Under the pieces are notes generated by a model. It was given only the letters and a program-made list of their open reading frames with translations, did no database searches and was not told where the DNA came from. A DNA stretch of 43,518 nt, from the NCBI GenBank assembly GCA_002269645.1, contig NIVC01001282.1, positions 1-43,518 on the forward strand, given 5' to 3'. Position 1 is the stretch's first letter. Every line of letters begins with the position of its first letter. The translations under genes and the position numbers were made by a program. Of the stretch, positions 1 to 10,989 are shown piece after piece. The DNA is from Macrostomum lignano (lineage: Eukaryota).

Positions 1-39
1 TCAAAAGCAGGCGATCCGCTGAATGAAGCGTGATGAGCC

Positions 40-1296
40 ACAGCCTTCTTCAGATGCTTTCAATTCCGTTTTACACATTTTGACAACCCAGCCAGCTAAT
101 AAGTAGTTTTGCCGAGGCATTGGATGATGCGGTAGACCCGCTCACTCACGTCTTCTGCAGCTTTCCGCCCTTCCTGTCGTCTCGGCGTGTGTTGCGAAGT
201 CTCACCCGATCTCGAACCTTGAACTCCTCCGCTCGAGTTCGTAAAGCTGCGTGGCGCTTTTTCATTCGCTGCTGGCTCAGTTTGATTCTCCGCGCGAAGA
301 ATTTTTGGGATGCAGCTCGCTGTTTGTTCTTCTCGATCATCCAACCCGATTTACAGGTGCAAACTTAGGCTTCGAGCAGTAGGCAGCAGCGCCGCTGCCT
401 GGTTGCCTAGCAAAGGTTCGAAACCAAACGCGGCCAGAAATGGTGAAATTCCAGTGACTGAATGTCGTCGGCTATTGTAGGCCAGTTGAATTTCATTGAG
501 CCTGGTGTCCCAGTCAGTTGGATTCTCTGATGAGCAACACTTTCTTACTGATGCAGGTCTGGTTCAAGCGTTTGTCTGTCCGTTAGTCTCTGGGTGATAC
601 GCGCTTGTTACTCGTCTTTCAGTTCCACCAGATTCTAGAAGGATGTCAATAATTGAGTTGCAGAACTCCCGTCCCTGATCGCTGAGGATAATGCGCGGCC
701 AACCGAACAGTGCAAAGAGGTCCTTCAGTTCCTTCGCGATGGATGCAGCTTGGATGTTTGACAAAGGCCGGAATACAGCAAACTTCGTAAATTTACAGCA
801 CACTGTCAGAATGTACTTGGATCCTGAATCGGTGGTCGTTGCATCGTGATGCAGTCGACACAGAGAAACCCAAAAAGCCTGCTTGCATTGTCCGGTATTT
901 CAATCGGATGAATTTCGCTTTGCTTGGTTGAAAATTTCTTGTTGACCACTTCGCACTTGCACATGCACAAGCTTCCACAACGGATTTGGCTATTGGCGAT
1001 ACAGGGAAGTCAGTGAAGTACCTCGACGTAAAGAGGCTCAATGTGCTCTTTATACCTACGTGACTTCCCTGAATGTGCAAAGCTTGCATTTTGCTCTTGA
1101 CTTCTGCGATGTCGTAAAGAACTTTGCGCTTCTCTTCAGACCTCCTTCTCTGACTGTCCGCTTTGTTCTTGACTTGATAGTAAAACGAGCCTTCATGAAT
1201 CGTGAATTTTTTGCTCTTTTCTCTGATTTTTCTTTTTAGATTATCTCTCTCTTTCGTATTGGAATTTTCCGGCAGCTCAACATACTCGTCTTTCAA
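40..1296 (-). mobile_element. Degenerate Ginger/GIN-type (Gypsy-integrase-like) transposase, frameshifted
   Basis: Minus-strand pieces in changing frames give, in order: N-terminal KRKIREKSKKFTIHEGSFYY; zinc-binding LHIQGSHVG...C; core LFGWPRIILSDQGREF...YHPETNGQT(E)RLNQT; DWDTRLNEIQLAYNSRRHSVTGISPFLAAFGFEP; and a GPY/F-like tail FKVRDRVRLRN...RKGGKL...YRIIQCLGKTTY*L...KHLK. No RT or RNase H is seen upstream, favouring Ginger/GIN over a Gypsy pol remnant. Confidence 0.75.
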
Positions 1297-2197
1297 AACA
1301 TAAAAAACACTTGGTTCAGTGATACTTTAGCCATCGAGAGATAAATTTTCCTAAAGGTAGAACTTCGACAAGAAATAAAGTCTATATATCTTAGAAGTTA
1401 CGTGTAATATACTCTCTCTAATTTGCGCAACACTTTCCTTTGTGGGCTATTAGCTCGTACACTGATCTTCATTGCACGTACGCTTGTAGTGCTAGCAATG
1501 TGACGCCAGTCCATTATCGATTTATTCTTAGACTGCACCTCATCTGCCCCTCCCCTGTCTAAGGTGCAGTCAGGGCCCTTCCCTGGCCTCTGAGTCAGCC
1601 CCATTCTCTCGAAATGATGTCCTGCCCCATTCACATGCGCTTTATCAGGTAAATAACTTGACCACCTTGCCACCCAAATCTTTATTCACCCGGACAATTT
1701 AAGACCCAGGATATTTCAAAGCCCGATTTTGTTGTGCCTTGGATTATCCTGGGTAGGTTATCGCAAAGCGACAATAATTTTGCTTTGCGATGTCCCCCGG
1801 ACAAATTAAGACCCCGGAGAACAGAAAGCCTAACACCGGGCGAAAGCTTCAATCCATCCGATCTTCACCCTCCGCTCTTCCGAATTCCTCCAGTGCAGAC
1901 GGCCAGTGCAGGGTCTCATTCAACCTGATTTGTCAGAATTTTGCTAAATTTTTAATATAATATTTCCAAACCCTCTGTGCTTTTCTCGGTGCTTTCCGAG
2001 AATGGTTTCCAATTTAAGTTTTGTCTCATTCGTTAAATATTCTTCTCATGGCTAAACAGCGTCTCGCATTGGTATCGGTCTATTTCAGCCTTAATTACCC
2101 GTAATTTAATTCCTATACTAGTGTTCCTATAGTGTTCCTATACATGCCATAAGTAGCAACTTTTGTCCTTTGCTTCTGTCATTTTTGGAGGATTGTT

Positions 2198-2210
2198 GGG
2201 ACATCCGTGC
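2198..2210 (+). repeat. Left target-site duplication of the LINE
   Basis: GGGACATCCGTGC, identical to 8084-8096. Confidence 0.9.
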
Positions 2211-2811
2211 GCATGCAAGGCGGGTACAGCACGCCTGTGTAGCATGAGACAGACTAGGCCTACGGGCTAAGGTCTGCGATCCTACACACCTGCACCCCCT
2301 CTATTCTGGTGCAGGAATGGCAGGAGAACTCCCTCCAAGCTGACTCGCAAGCCGACCCAGGGGTTCACGCCCCGCATGAGTTCAAGGCAGATCTAGGGCT
2401 GCTGGACTGACTGGGCTCCGGTGGCGGCAACCCATCCGTGGCCTTTTGGCCAAGTTGGGTACCGGCTCCGCCCGGAAGTGCACCTGTGCGTATCAGGTAC
2501 CTCTGGCCACGGCTCTGAGGAACAGGTACCACCCTCTGACCTTAACAGGGTATGCGGCCAGTCCGCAGGCTCCGGAGGCAGTCCTCCTGCTTCCCTCAAG
2601 GGCCCAGTGTAGTACCGTGCTGATGGTCCTTTGGTTCGGCCTTTGGTTTTTCCAAGCCGGGCTCTTAGCCGGGGAGTTTCTCGGTTGCTAGCGGTCGGGC
2701 CGGTACGGGCTTAAGCCACCCCCGGTCGCTACCTCTTGGCCTGGTTGTTGGGTTTGGGGTTACGGCCCAGCGGCTTCTCACCTTTAGTCCCCACTCGCCT
2801 TTCAGCGACTC

Positions 2812-4282
2812 ATGGAGTATTCATTTACCTCCGACACGTCCGAGGCTGCTGGAGCACACACCAAGGTTGGCACCGCGGCCCAGCCGGACATTCGCAACAC
2901 CGGAACCCCCGGTGCCTCTCAATCTGCCGCTGCCGCCGCTCAGGATAATACCGGAGTGGCTGGACAAGACAGCGGACCTCAGATTTCGAAAAAGAAGGCC
3001 CGTAGCATTGCTCGCTACAAAGCCTTTCTCCTGCGCAAAGCGGAGGAACGGAGGAATGCGAAAGCCGCCCCTCCGGCCACCTCTGAGGAGGGTGCCGGTA
3101 ACTCTGCGAACCCCGCGGAGGAGCCGACATCCGACAAGGGGGTGGACCCCGCGCGCCGGTCTGATGCGTCAGGTGCCGCCGAAGCTCCTGGTGCGGCTGG
3201 CCCCTCCCGTGACCGGACCTCTGCCCGTGTGGAAGCTCCCACGGCCGTGGAGGGATCCAAAGCGGGGGGCGCTGGCCAAACCACAAAGCCGAAGCGAACC
3301 TACGCGGCTATGGCCAAAAGCAGCCGGCCCTGGTTATCCAAGGCCAGGAGACGCCTCTTACGGCCGAACAGCTCGACCTTATCTGGCGCAGGTTGGACTC
3401 CTACCTGGTCAAGATGGCCTTGAGCGGCACTACTATTCGAGTCCAAAAGACGAAAGTCGAGGACCAAGCTCTCTATATCCAGCCCACCGACAGCCAGTCA
3501 GGACAGCAGCTCCTCGAGCAGCTGAAAACCTTCGACTGGGGTACGGAGCTGGAGAACCTGTTCATCTACAAGGAGGACGAGCGACCCCGGACACACCGGC
3601 ACCGTGCCTGGATCCCGGCTCGCAGCTGCATCACCAAGGCCGACGAGCTGCGTCACCTGCTAGTGGCTTCCAACCCGGAGCTACCGGCCAACGGTGTCGT
3701 AGTTCACGAGACCATCTCCAAGCCGGACGGAGACGGTTTCACGGCTATTCTTGGACCGTCGGATAGCTGGATGCTCCGCTACCCGGACATGTCCATCATC
3801 TCTGTCGGGCTGTTGCAGATTCAGCTCTTTAGCTTTGAGTCTGACGCCACCCGCCCACCGCCCCCGGAGAAGCGTAAGCGGGCAGTCGGGGGCTCTGCCG
3901 GGCGGAAACGCCCAGGAAAAGAAGCCCCCGGTCGTCACGACCCCTCCGAGGACGTGGACCCTGTCAGAGGGAAAGCCGCGAAAGCTGCAGCAACAGGCGG
4001 ACGTGGAAAGGGCCGGAAACCCGCCCGGAACACTATCCGCTCTGGTCTGACTCAGCGCGCGAAGCAGCTGCTGGACACCGCCAAGGCCCCCAACCGCAGC
4101 CACCCCCAGCCCAGTGTCACCACTGCGCCCCCCCCCCGGAAAACCGGGCCGAGAGCGAGAATGCCGCCCAGGTAGCGACCTCGCCCTCGACCATGGAATC
4201 CATCCGGGAGGAGCCCATGGAGCTGGAGCCTGGAGCTATCGGCGAGGCAGAAGAGGCAGCTCTCCTGCACAACTCGCCTTGA
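2812..4282 (+). pseudogene. LINE ORF1 (DUF4780-like), reconstructed across two C-run frameshifts
   Basis: Starts at ATG 2812. Adding one C at 3328-3330 joins YAAMAKSSRP to LVIQGQETPLTAEQLDLIWRRLDSYLVK...RAWIP...ASNPEL. Adding one C at 4128-4137 continues into an acidic tail (PENRAESE...MESIREEPMELEPGAIGEAEEAALLHNSP) ending at TGA 4280-4282. The RAWIP/NPEL pattern resembles Lian-type ORF1; the domain name is from recall, not a search. Confidence 0.65.
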
Positions 4283-4323
4283 GCCGGCAGGAAGCTGCGC
4301 GGACCACTCGTGGAATTCCCGGA

Positions 4324-7300
4324 GTGGACATCCTGCAGCTTAACCTGCACCACTGCATCGCGGCCTCGACCAACCTGATGCGGGTGGCAAACTTTGCGAA
4401 ACCGGGCATCATCCTACTCCAGGAGCCCTGGACAAAGAAAGGTAAGATTCCGAATATTCCTGCTGGTTTTGACTGTTTTCAAGACCCCCAAAACCCCAGA
4501 GCAGCCATTTTCGTATCTACCCACCTCAAAGCTTGGCACAGACCGGACCTCTCTGACAGAGACCTCTGTGTCATTCAGTCCAACCACATTATCACCAACC
4601 ACACGGTCATCATCGCCTCGATCTATATCCCTGGCGATGGCCCCGCGGTTCCACCCAACCTCACCTCCTTCGTGGACTACTGCTCTAACCGTAGGTGGCG
4701 GGCGACATCAACGCTCAACACACCCACTGGGGCAGTAATACTTCCAATAGCAGAGGCGAGGAACTCCTTGATTACATCTGCACCACCAACACTGAGTTTT
4801 GCAACATTGGTGGAACCCCCACCTTTGACAACGGGCGATGGACGGAGGCCCTCGACGTTACCCTCGTCTCCCATGGCTTGGCTCCTTTAGTCAAGGACTG
4901 GGAGGTGTGGGACGAAGAGGAGTCTCTGTCTGACCATCGCTTCGTTCGTTTTCGTTTGCAATCCTCTTGCCCCAAGCCTCACATTCTGTGGAAAAGGAAC
5001 GTCCGGAACACTGATTGGACGGCTTTCACGGAAACCCTGAAATGCCAGACAGATCAGCTGACTACCGTCGCTCCAACCACCTGTCAGGAAGTGGATGACC
5101 TTGCAGACTTGCTCAGCAAGACCGTCCTGACAGCCCATGAGGCTTCCTGTCCTCTTAAAGCCTACAAAGGCAAAAAATCCGCCCCCTGGTGGCACCCGGC
5201 GCTCGGATCCCTCCGGCGCAAGGCAAAGTGCTTCCAACGGAAAGCTCGCAAGAGCAAGGACCCAGCTGACCTGGCCGCCTATCAAGAAGCGATCCGCGAC
5301 TTTAAGCGTGAAACCAGGAAAGCCAAGTCCGACAAATGGCGCCAATACTGCGCGGAGTTAGAAGGCACCCGCCCTACTTCGCGCGTAGTTAAGGCTCTCA
5401 CCCTCGACAAAATGTCAAAGCTCTCAGTCATTAAAAGACCGGACGGCCGGCTCGCTGAGAACCCTGGGGAATCGCTGGACATTATGCTCACCAGCTCTTT
5501 CCCACGTGCCGCACCGCAGCTAGGCCCACCGGACCACTCTCCGGGCGGACAGATCCTGGCTTCGACCATCATTACTAGAGAGAGGACGGCTCGCGCCGCA
5601 AAATCCTTCTCTCCTTTCAAGTCCCCGGGTCCTGACAACATTTATCCTGCCTTCCTTCACGAGGCAGTTAAAAATGACAGGTTTCTGGGCCTCCTCTGCA
5701 ACCTCTTCAAGGTCAGCATTACCCTCGGGTATGTGCCAAAAGCCTGGCAAGAGGCTACGGTTGTCTTCATACCCAAGCCAGGAAAGGGAGACTATCACTC
5801 CGCCAAAGCTTACCGCCCTATCAGTCTGACGTCCTTCTTCCTCAAACTGATGGAACGGCTGGTGCTCTGGCGCCTTCTCCTCGTTGAGCTGAGGAACTCC
5901 CCGCTCTCCCCTAATCAGCACGCCTTTCGTCCTGGACGTTCCATCGAAAGTGCGCTGCACGCCATTGTCGACAAGCTGGAGCGCGCCGTGCTTGGCAGTG
6001 GATACGCGCTGTCGCTTTTCCTCGACATTGATGGTGCTTTTAACAATGTGCTCTTTGAAGCCTTTAAGCGAGCCCTGGAATCTCGGGGCACGCACGAGCA
6101 CCTCATCCGCTGGATCATGTACATGGTCTCCCATCGTACTGCCACCTCGCACCTCCTGGGACACTCACGCTCCGTGGAAGTCCAGAAAGGCGGACCGCAA
6201 GGTGGAGTCCTCAGCCCGATCCTCTGGAATTTAGTCATGGACGAGCTGCTTTGCAGCCCGCATCCGGACCCTGTTCAGAAGGTCGGCTATGCGGACGATG
6301 TTACCGCCACTGTGGCTGGACCATCGCCCGTGGTCCTCAGGGACATCCTTCAAGCCTTTATCCACCGTGCCGAGCGCTGGGCACATAGCTGCGGTCTCAG
6401 GTTCTCTGAGTCTAAAACCGTGGCTGTCATGTTCACCAGCCGCCGAAACTGGAGGATCGAACCGCTCTCCCTCTACGGCAAACCTGTTGCCATGGAGAAA
6501 CAAACTAGATGTCTGGGCGTCACCCTCGACCACAGGTTGAGCTGGACCCCGCACGTCCAAACTAAAGCCCGCAAAGCTCTCGCGACTCTCGCGCAGATCC
6601 GCAGAGCTTTCGGTGCTACCTGGGGCCTCACCCCCGCCGCCTCTGGTGGATTTACACTGCCATTGTTAGACCGGCCATCTCCTTCGCCGGCTTCATTTGG
6701 AACAGTGCCCTAGAGGTGAAAGGGGTTCTTGAGGTTTTAAATAGGGTGCAAAGGCCGCGCTTGTCGAGCTATCATGAGCGCGGCTCCCTCAACGCCCTTC
6801 GCTGGCATGAACTCCTTCTTGGACATTCCCCCCCCCTCGACCTCTTTGTTAGAGGGGAGGCTATGAAAACCACCCGTCGTCTGCTTGACGCGAGTGTCCA
6901 AATCGAGAAGCAGTTTGCCTTCAGAAAGCGGAACCTCCGGCCGCATGGCGACCTCCGGCCGCATTCCGTGGACGGAATCCCGTCCACGCTCTGCCCCCCG
7001 CTCAAATTCAAAACAGCATTCCACCACGCCATGAAGCGAGAGACAACTGGAAACCCCATGAAATCCACTGCTTCACTGACGGGTCCCAAATCAACTCCGC
7101 CTCTGGATACGGCTACTGCATCGTGTCTGGAGGGAGAACTGCGGCGACCTTCTCCCAACACACCGGCACCTGCTCCACCGTCTTCCAGAACGAAGTTTTC
7201 GCCATCAGCTCCTGCGCCATGGAGCTGTACAATCAGCGCGTCTGGGGGAAGGAAATTACCCTCCACTCGGACAGTCAAGCGGCGATTCACGCCCTTGAGC

Positions 7301-7986
7301 GCACCACCACCTGCTCGCGTACAGTCCTCGACTGAATCGGGCAGCTCAACCGCTTAGGCGCCTCCAACAAGGTGTCCCTAAGGTGGATCCCCGGGCATTC
7401 GGGCCACCCCGGCAACGAGCTGGCCGATCGCCTGGCCAAGGCTGGCTCGACCGGTTCTTTTACTGGTCGCCTGCCCGTGGCCCCCACCCCCATCGCCGTT
7501 GTCACCACTCGGATCAACCAGTGGGTAACTTCTAAGCACAGGGAGAGGTGGGCTAACGCCCCCGACTGCCGGCAATCCCGCGCGGCTGTCCCCTGTCCCT
7601 CCCCCGCCCTACGCAGGGCCCTGCTTGGACTCAACCGCAGGGACATCAGGGCGGTTACCATGGCCCTCTCGGGTCATGGCTGCTTTGCCAGGCATCGTTA
7701 CCTCCAGGAGAAAATCCGCAGTGAGGAATGCCCTTTCTGCCTCTCCGGTGTCGAGAATGCGGAGCACTTCATCTGTGAATGCCCCGCCTTTACTCAGGAC
7801 AGGCTCACCTACCTCGGCCCAAACCCGGACCTCTCCGACGTTTTCAGGCCCGAGAATCTCTGCCAGCTCGTCCGCTACCTAAGGGCTACCGGGCGAGCGA
7901 CAATCCACCTCCTGGACTCTCCGGAGGGGGACCGCGCTGCGGACGCCGGCGCCACCGGAACTCCCTGCGCGACACCGCAGCACTAG
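4324..7986 (+). pseudogene. LINE ORF2: AP endonuclease, reverse transcriptase, RNase H, C-terminal CCHC finger
   Basis: APE: VDILQLNLHH, LLQEPW, AGDINAQH, SDHRF. RT: KSPGPD, YRPISLTS, LFLDIDGAF, GPQGGVLSPILW, YADD, LGVTLD. RNase H has all four catalytic acidic residues. Lesions are a frameshifting deletion near 4693, indels at about 6631-6635 and 6755-6830, and TGA at 7333-7335. Stop is TAG 7984-7986. Confidence 0.88.
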
Positions 7987-8066
7987 CTGCCCGTGGTCGC
8001 CAGGGGTTAGCGAAATGGGCGGCAACGCCTCCTCGCTGTTTCCGGACGCACGGAGCCCCCTGCAGC

Positions 8067-8083
8067 TAAGTCAAGTAAGTCAA
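8067..8083 (+). repeat. LINE 3' tandem tail, about two TAAGTCAAG units
   Basis: taagtcaagtaagtcaa immediately precedes the right TSD. Confidence 0.75.
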
Positions 8084-8096
8084 GGGACATCCGTGC
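8084..8096 (+). repeat. Right target-site duplication of the LINE
   Basis: GGGACATCCGTGC, identical to 2198-2210. Confidence 0.9.
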
Positions 8097-8361
8097 ATTT
8101 TCACTGGTGCTCCTGTGTGTGCTCGTGCGTTTGTGTGTGTTTTTGGCCTCCTTGCTCTCCGTTTGTCCCTCTACGGTCTGATTGGCTGTCTCGATCTGTG
8201 TGCGTTTTTAATTCTTATCTCTCCACCCCACCCTGCGTTTTGGTCGCCTACCCCCACCCCAATTCCAGGGCTCATTTTTCCTGTTTTCTCTCTCAAGTCT
8301 TGTGCATGCTTGATCCGTCTGATTCAACTTGAGTAAAATGGTAGAAATTGTACCAGTGCTA

Positions 8362-8541
8362 GGCAAGGACTACTCAAATAGAAGCAGGGGCTGGTTTACG
8401 CCAAAAAAAGCACTACGGAGATAGAAAGTTTTAATTTTTTCAGCACAAAAATTTTTATTGCTTTTGATAGGAGGCAGACCCAATGTTAATAGCTTGATTT
8501 TTGTGCCTTTCTTATAGCTCTATTGATATTTATACAAGCTG
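8362..8541 (+). repeat. Dispersed repeat, left copy of an inverted pair (DNA-transposon end-like)
   Basis: Reverse complement aligns to 15361-15570. Shared blocks: GCCTTTCTTATAGCTCTATTGATATT, AGGCAGAC, GGCTGGTTTACGCC and CAAGGACTACTC. Confidence 0.75.
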
Positions 8542-8789
8542 TTGAAACGCGCGGATTTTGAACCCGGGGAATTCTAATCCCGGAACTACTTTTGCATGTA
8601 TTCTGAAATCTAAGGCCATACACAAACAAATTAATAGTAGGATAGAGGTAGACATAAAATGGAGCACATTCGTGTAAAATTAGGGTTTGAGGCTAACGTT
8701 GATAATTAATATTGTTTGCTGGGGTACTCCACAGTCCACAGAATGCCAGGCAATGTCTGTCTGACTCTAAAACATGTATTGGCAAACTC

Positions 8790-9371
8790 TGGCCTCTCCC
8801 TGACTCTCCCTATGTCCCTTGGATCCTTTAAAATTTCTATCGTCTCTTTCCTTTCTTCTTTCTCATCCCTCGTCTCTCCTCTCTCCTCTCTCTTCTCTCC
8901 TCTCTCCTCTCTTCTCTTGTATCTTCCCTCATCTCTCTTCTGTTTCATCTCTCTTCCCTATTCTTTTCTCTCTCCTCTCCTCTCTCCTTTCTACTTTTCG
9001 TTTTTCTCTGCTCTCCTTTCTCCTCTCTACTCTTTCGTTTTCTCCCTCCTCTCCTCTCTCCTCTCTCCTCTCTCCCCCTCTTCTCTCGTCTCTTCCTTCT
9101 CCTCTCTATTCTTTTCTCTCTTCTCCTAACTCTCTCCTCTACTCTCTCATCTCTCCTCTCTACTCTTTCCTCTCTCCCCTCTTCTCTCGTCTCTTCCCTC
9201 ACCTCTTTCCTATCTTTCTTTCCTCTCATCTCTTTTCTTGTTTTATATCTTCTCTCTCCCCTCGTCGCTCGTCTCTTCCCTCACCTCTCTTCTCTCTCGT
9301 CTGCTCTTTCATCTCTCCTTTCTCTTCTTTTATCTTTTCTCTCTTATCTCTTCTCGTTTCTATCTGCTCTG

Positions 9372-9470
<99 letters not shown>

Positions 9471-10300
9471 ATCTCTCTTCTCCTCTCTACTCTCTCCCCT
9501 CTTCATTCTCCTATTTCCTCTTCTCTCTCCCTGTCTCTCTTCTCTCCTCTAGTCTCTGTAATATCTTCTCTCTTATCTCTCCTCTGTTCTCTGTACTCTC
9601 CCATCTCTCATCTGTTCATCTGCTCTCTCATCTGTCATCTTTACTCTCTTATACGTTCTCTCACTTATCTCCTCTGTATTCTTCTCTTTCACCTCTTCTG
9701 ACTCCTCTCTTTCCTTACTCCTCTCTTCTTTTCTCTTCCCCCTTCTATACCCTCTCTCTCCTCTATTATTATCTCTCGTCTCTCTGCACTCTCCTCTCAC
9801 CTTTTTCATCTCTCATCTCTTCTTTCATCTGTCTCATCTCTACAATCTCATCTTTTTCCTCTCTCCTCCTCTTCCCTTTACTCTCTCATCTCTCCTTTCT
9901 CCCATCTTCTTACACCCCTCTCTTATCTCTATCTCTTCTTTTCTCACCCCTTCTCTCCCCCTCTTATCTCCTCTCTTTTCTATCCTTTCTACTCTCTCCT
10001 CTCTAATCTCTCCTCTCCTCTTGACCCTCTGTCATCTTCTTTCTGCTCTCTCATCTCTACTCTCTTCTCACTCTTCTCTACTCTCCTCTCATCGATCCTC
10101 TGTCTCATCTTTCCCCTCTTCTCACCTTTACTCTTTCCTCTCCCTCCTTTCTCCCCTCCTCTCGCTTCTTCCTCCCTTCTTCTCTGCTCTCTCCTCACCC
10201 CACTCGTCTCCTCATCTTATATCTTTTCTCTTATCCCCCTCTCGCCCCTCCTCCCTCTCTAATAGTCTATTCTTTTTCCTTTTCACTCTCATCTGGCCCG
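8790..10300 (+). repeat. Low-complexity polypyrimidine (CT-rich) tract containing a pure (TC)n run at 9377-9468
   Basis: Almost exclusively C/T on the plus strand for about 1.5 kb; the S/L-rich and E/R-rich ORFs here are by-products. Confidence 0.95.
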
Positions 10301-10989
10301 CAGCCCTGAGCTGGATTCTTTATCTGGCCTTTGAGATAAAAATCTGCCGATCCCTGCTTCGAAATATCATGGGACATAGTACTATCATGGTTGTTATCAT
10401 TTCTCATGCTTTAATCACGTCATCTTTCTGGCCAATTAGCAGCCCTGAGAGGAATCTGTGTATCTCCATTCTCCAGCTCCACCACCACAGTCTGCAGCAG
10501 TCTAACAACCAAAGAAATACGCATTTCTTAGGAGACCATTTAAATTTTAAAGTACCTTATGCGAATCTTAATGTTAAAATTTTCATGGTGTAACTAATTT
10601 AGTAGGATAGTAGGATTGCATTGTAATCAGTTATTCATTAATTTTTCGCTATTTTTACAAACCATCCCACATAGCCTTGATTTGCCATCCTTGTTTAACT
10701 GCTGCGACTTGTCTATACAGAGGACAGTAGATTGAATCCCTCGCTAAACTCTCTCCTCTCCACGCCTCTCCACTCGCGGGGGTACAGAGAAGGCTATTAA
10801 AAAGTTATTCCAAAACACTGTACATTCGCTATGTACATTGAGCCCTATCGCCTGATCCTTCGTCTGGGGGAATGAGTTGGATGAGCGGCAAACAACAGAA
10901 AATGCAGACAGACTTCACATGCCTACAGTTTCTGTTCTGATTGAGATACAGAGTTGAGACTTTACAATTAGACAGAGAATAAGTCAATA

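Larger units (their letters stand above)
2211..8083 (+). mobile_element. Full-length LOA/Lian-type non-LTR retrotransposon (ORF1 + APE-RT-RNase H-CCHC ORF2), inactivated as assembled
   Basis: Bounded by an identical 13-bp direct repeat GGGACATCCGTGC (2198-2210 and 8084-8096). Has a 600-nt 5' UTR, two ORFs and a short tandem tail TAAGTCAAGTAAGTCAA. Motifs [41 protein letters not shown] and MALSGHG...CPFC...[11 protein letters not shown] match LOA/Lian-clade ORF2. Confidence 0.9.

Noticed and set aside
1398-1673. 91-aa minus-strand ORF upstream of the integrase
   Set aside because: No recognisable motif; cannot be linked to the transposase.
5450-5475. LAENPGE as a 2A StopGo motif in LINE ORF2
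   Set aside because: It lacks the required D(V/I)ExNPGP consensus, including the terminal Pro.
8027-8037. GCCTCCTCGCT identical to the HDV ribozyme P3/L3 segment
   Set aside because: The following bases (GTT) do not close P3, no P1/P1.1 can be assigned, and the bases fit the 3' UTR fold better.
8706-10593. Ser/Leu-rich and Glu/Arg-rich ORFs
   Set aside because: Translations of the CT/GA low-complexity tract.
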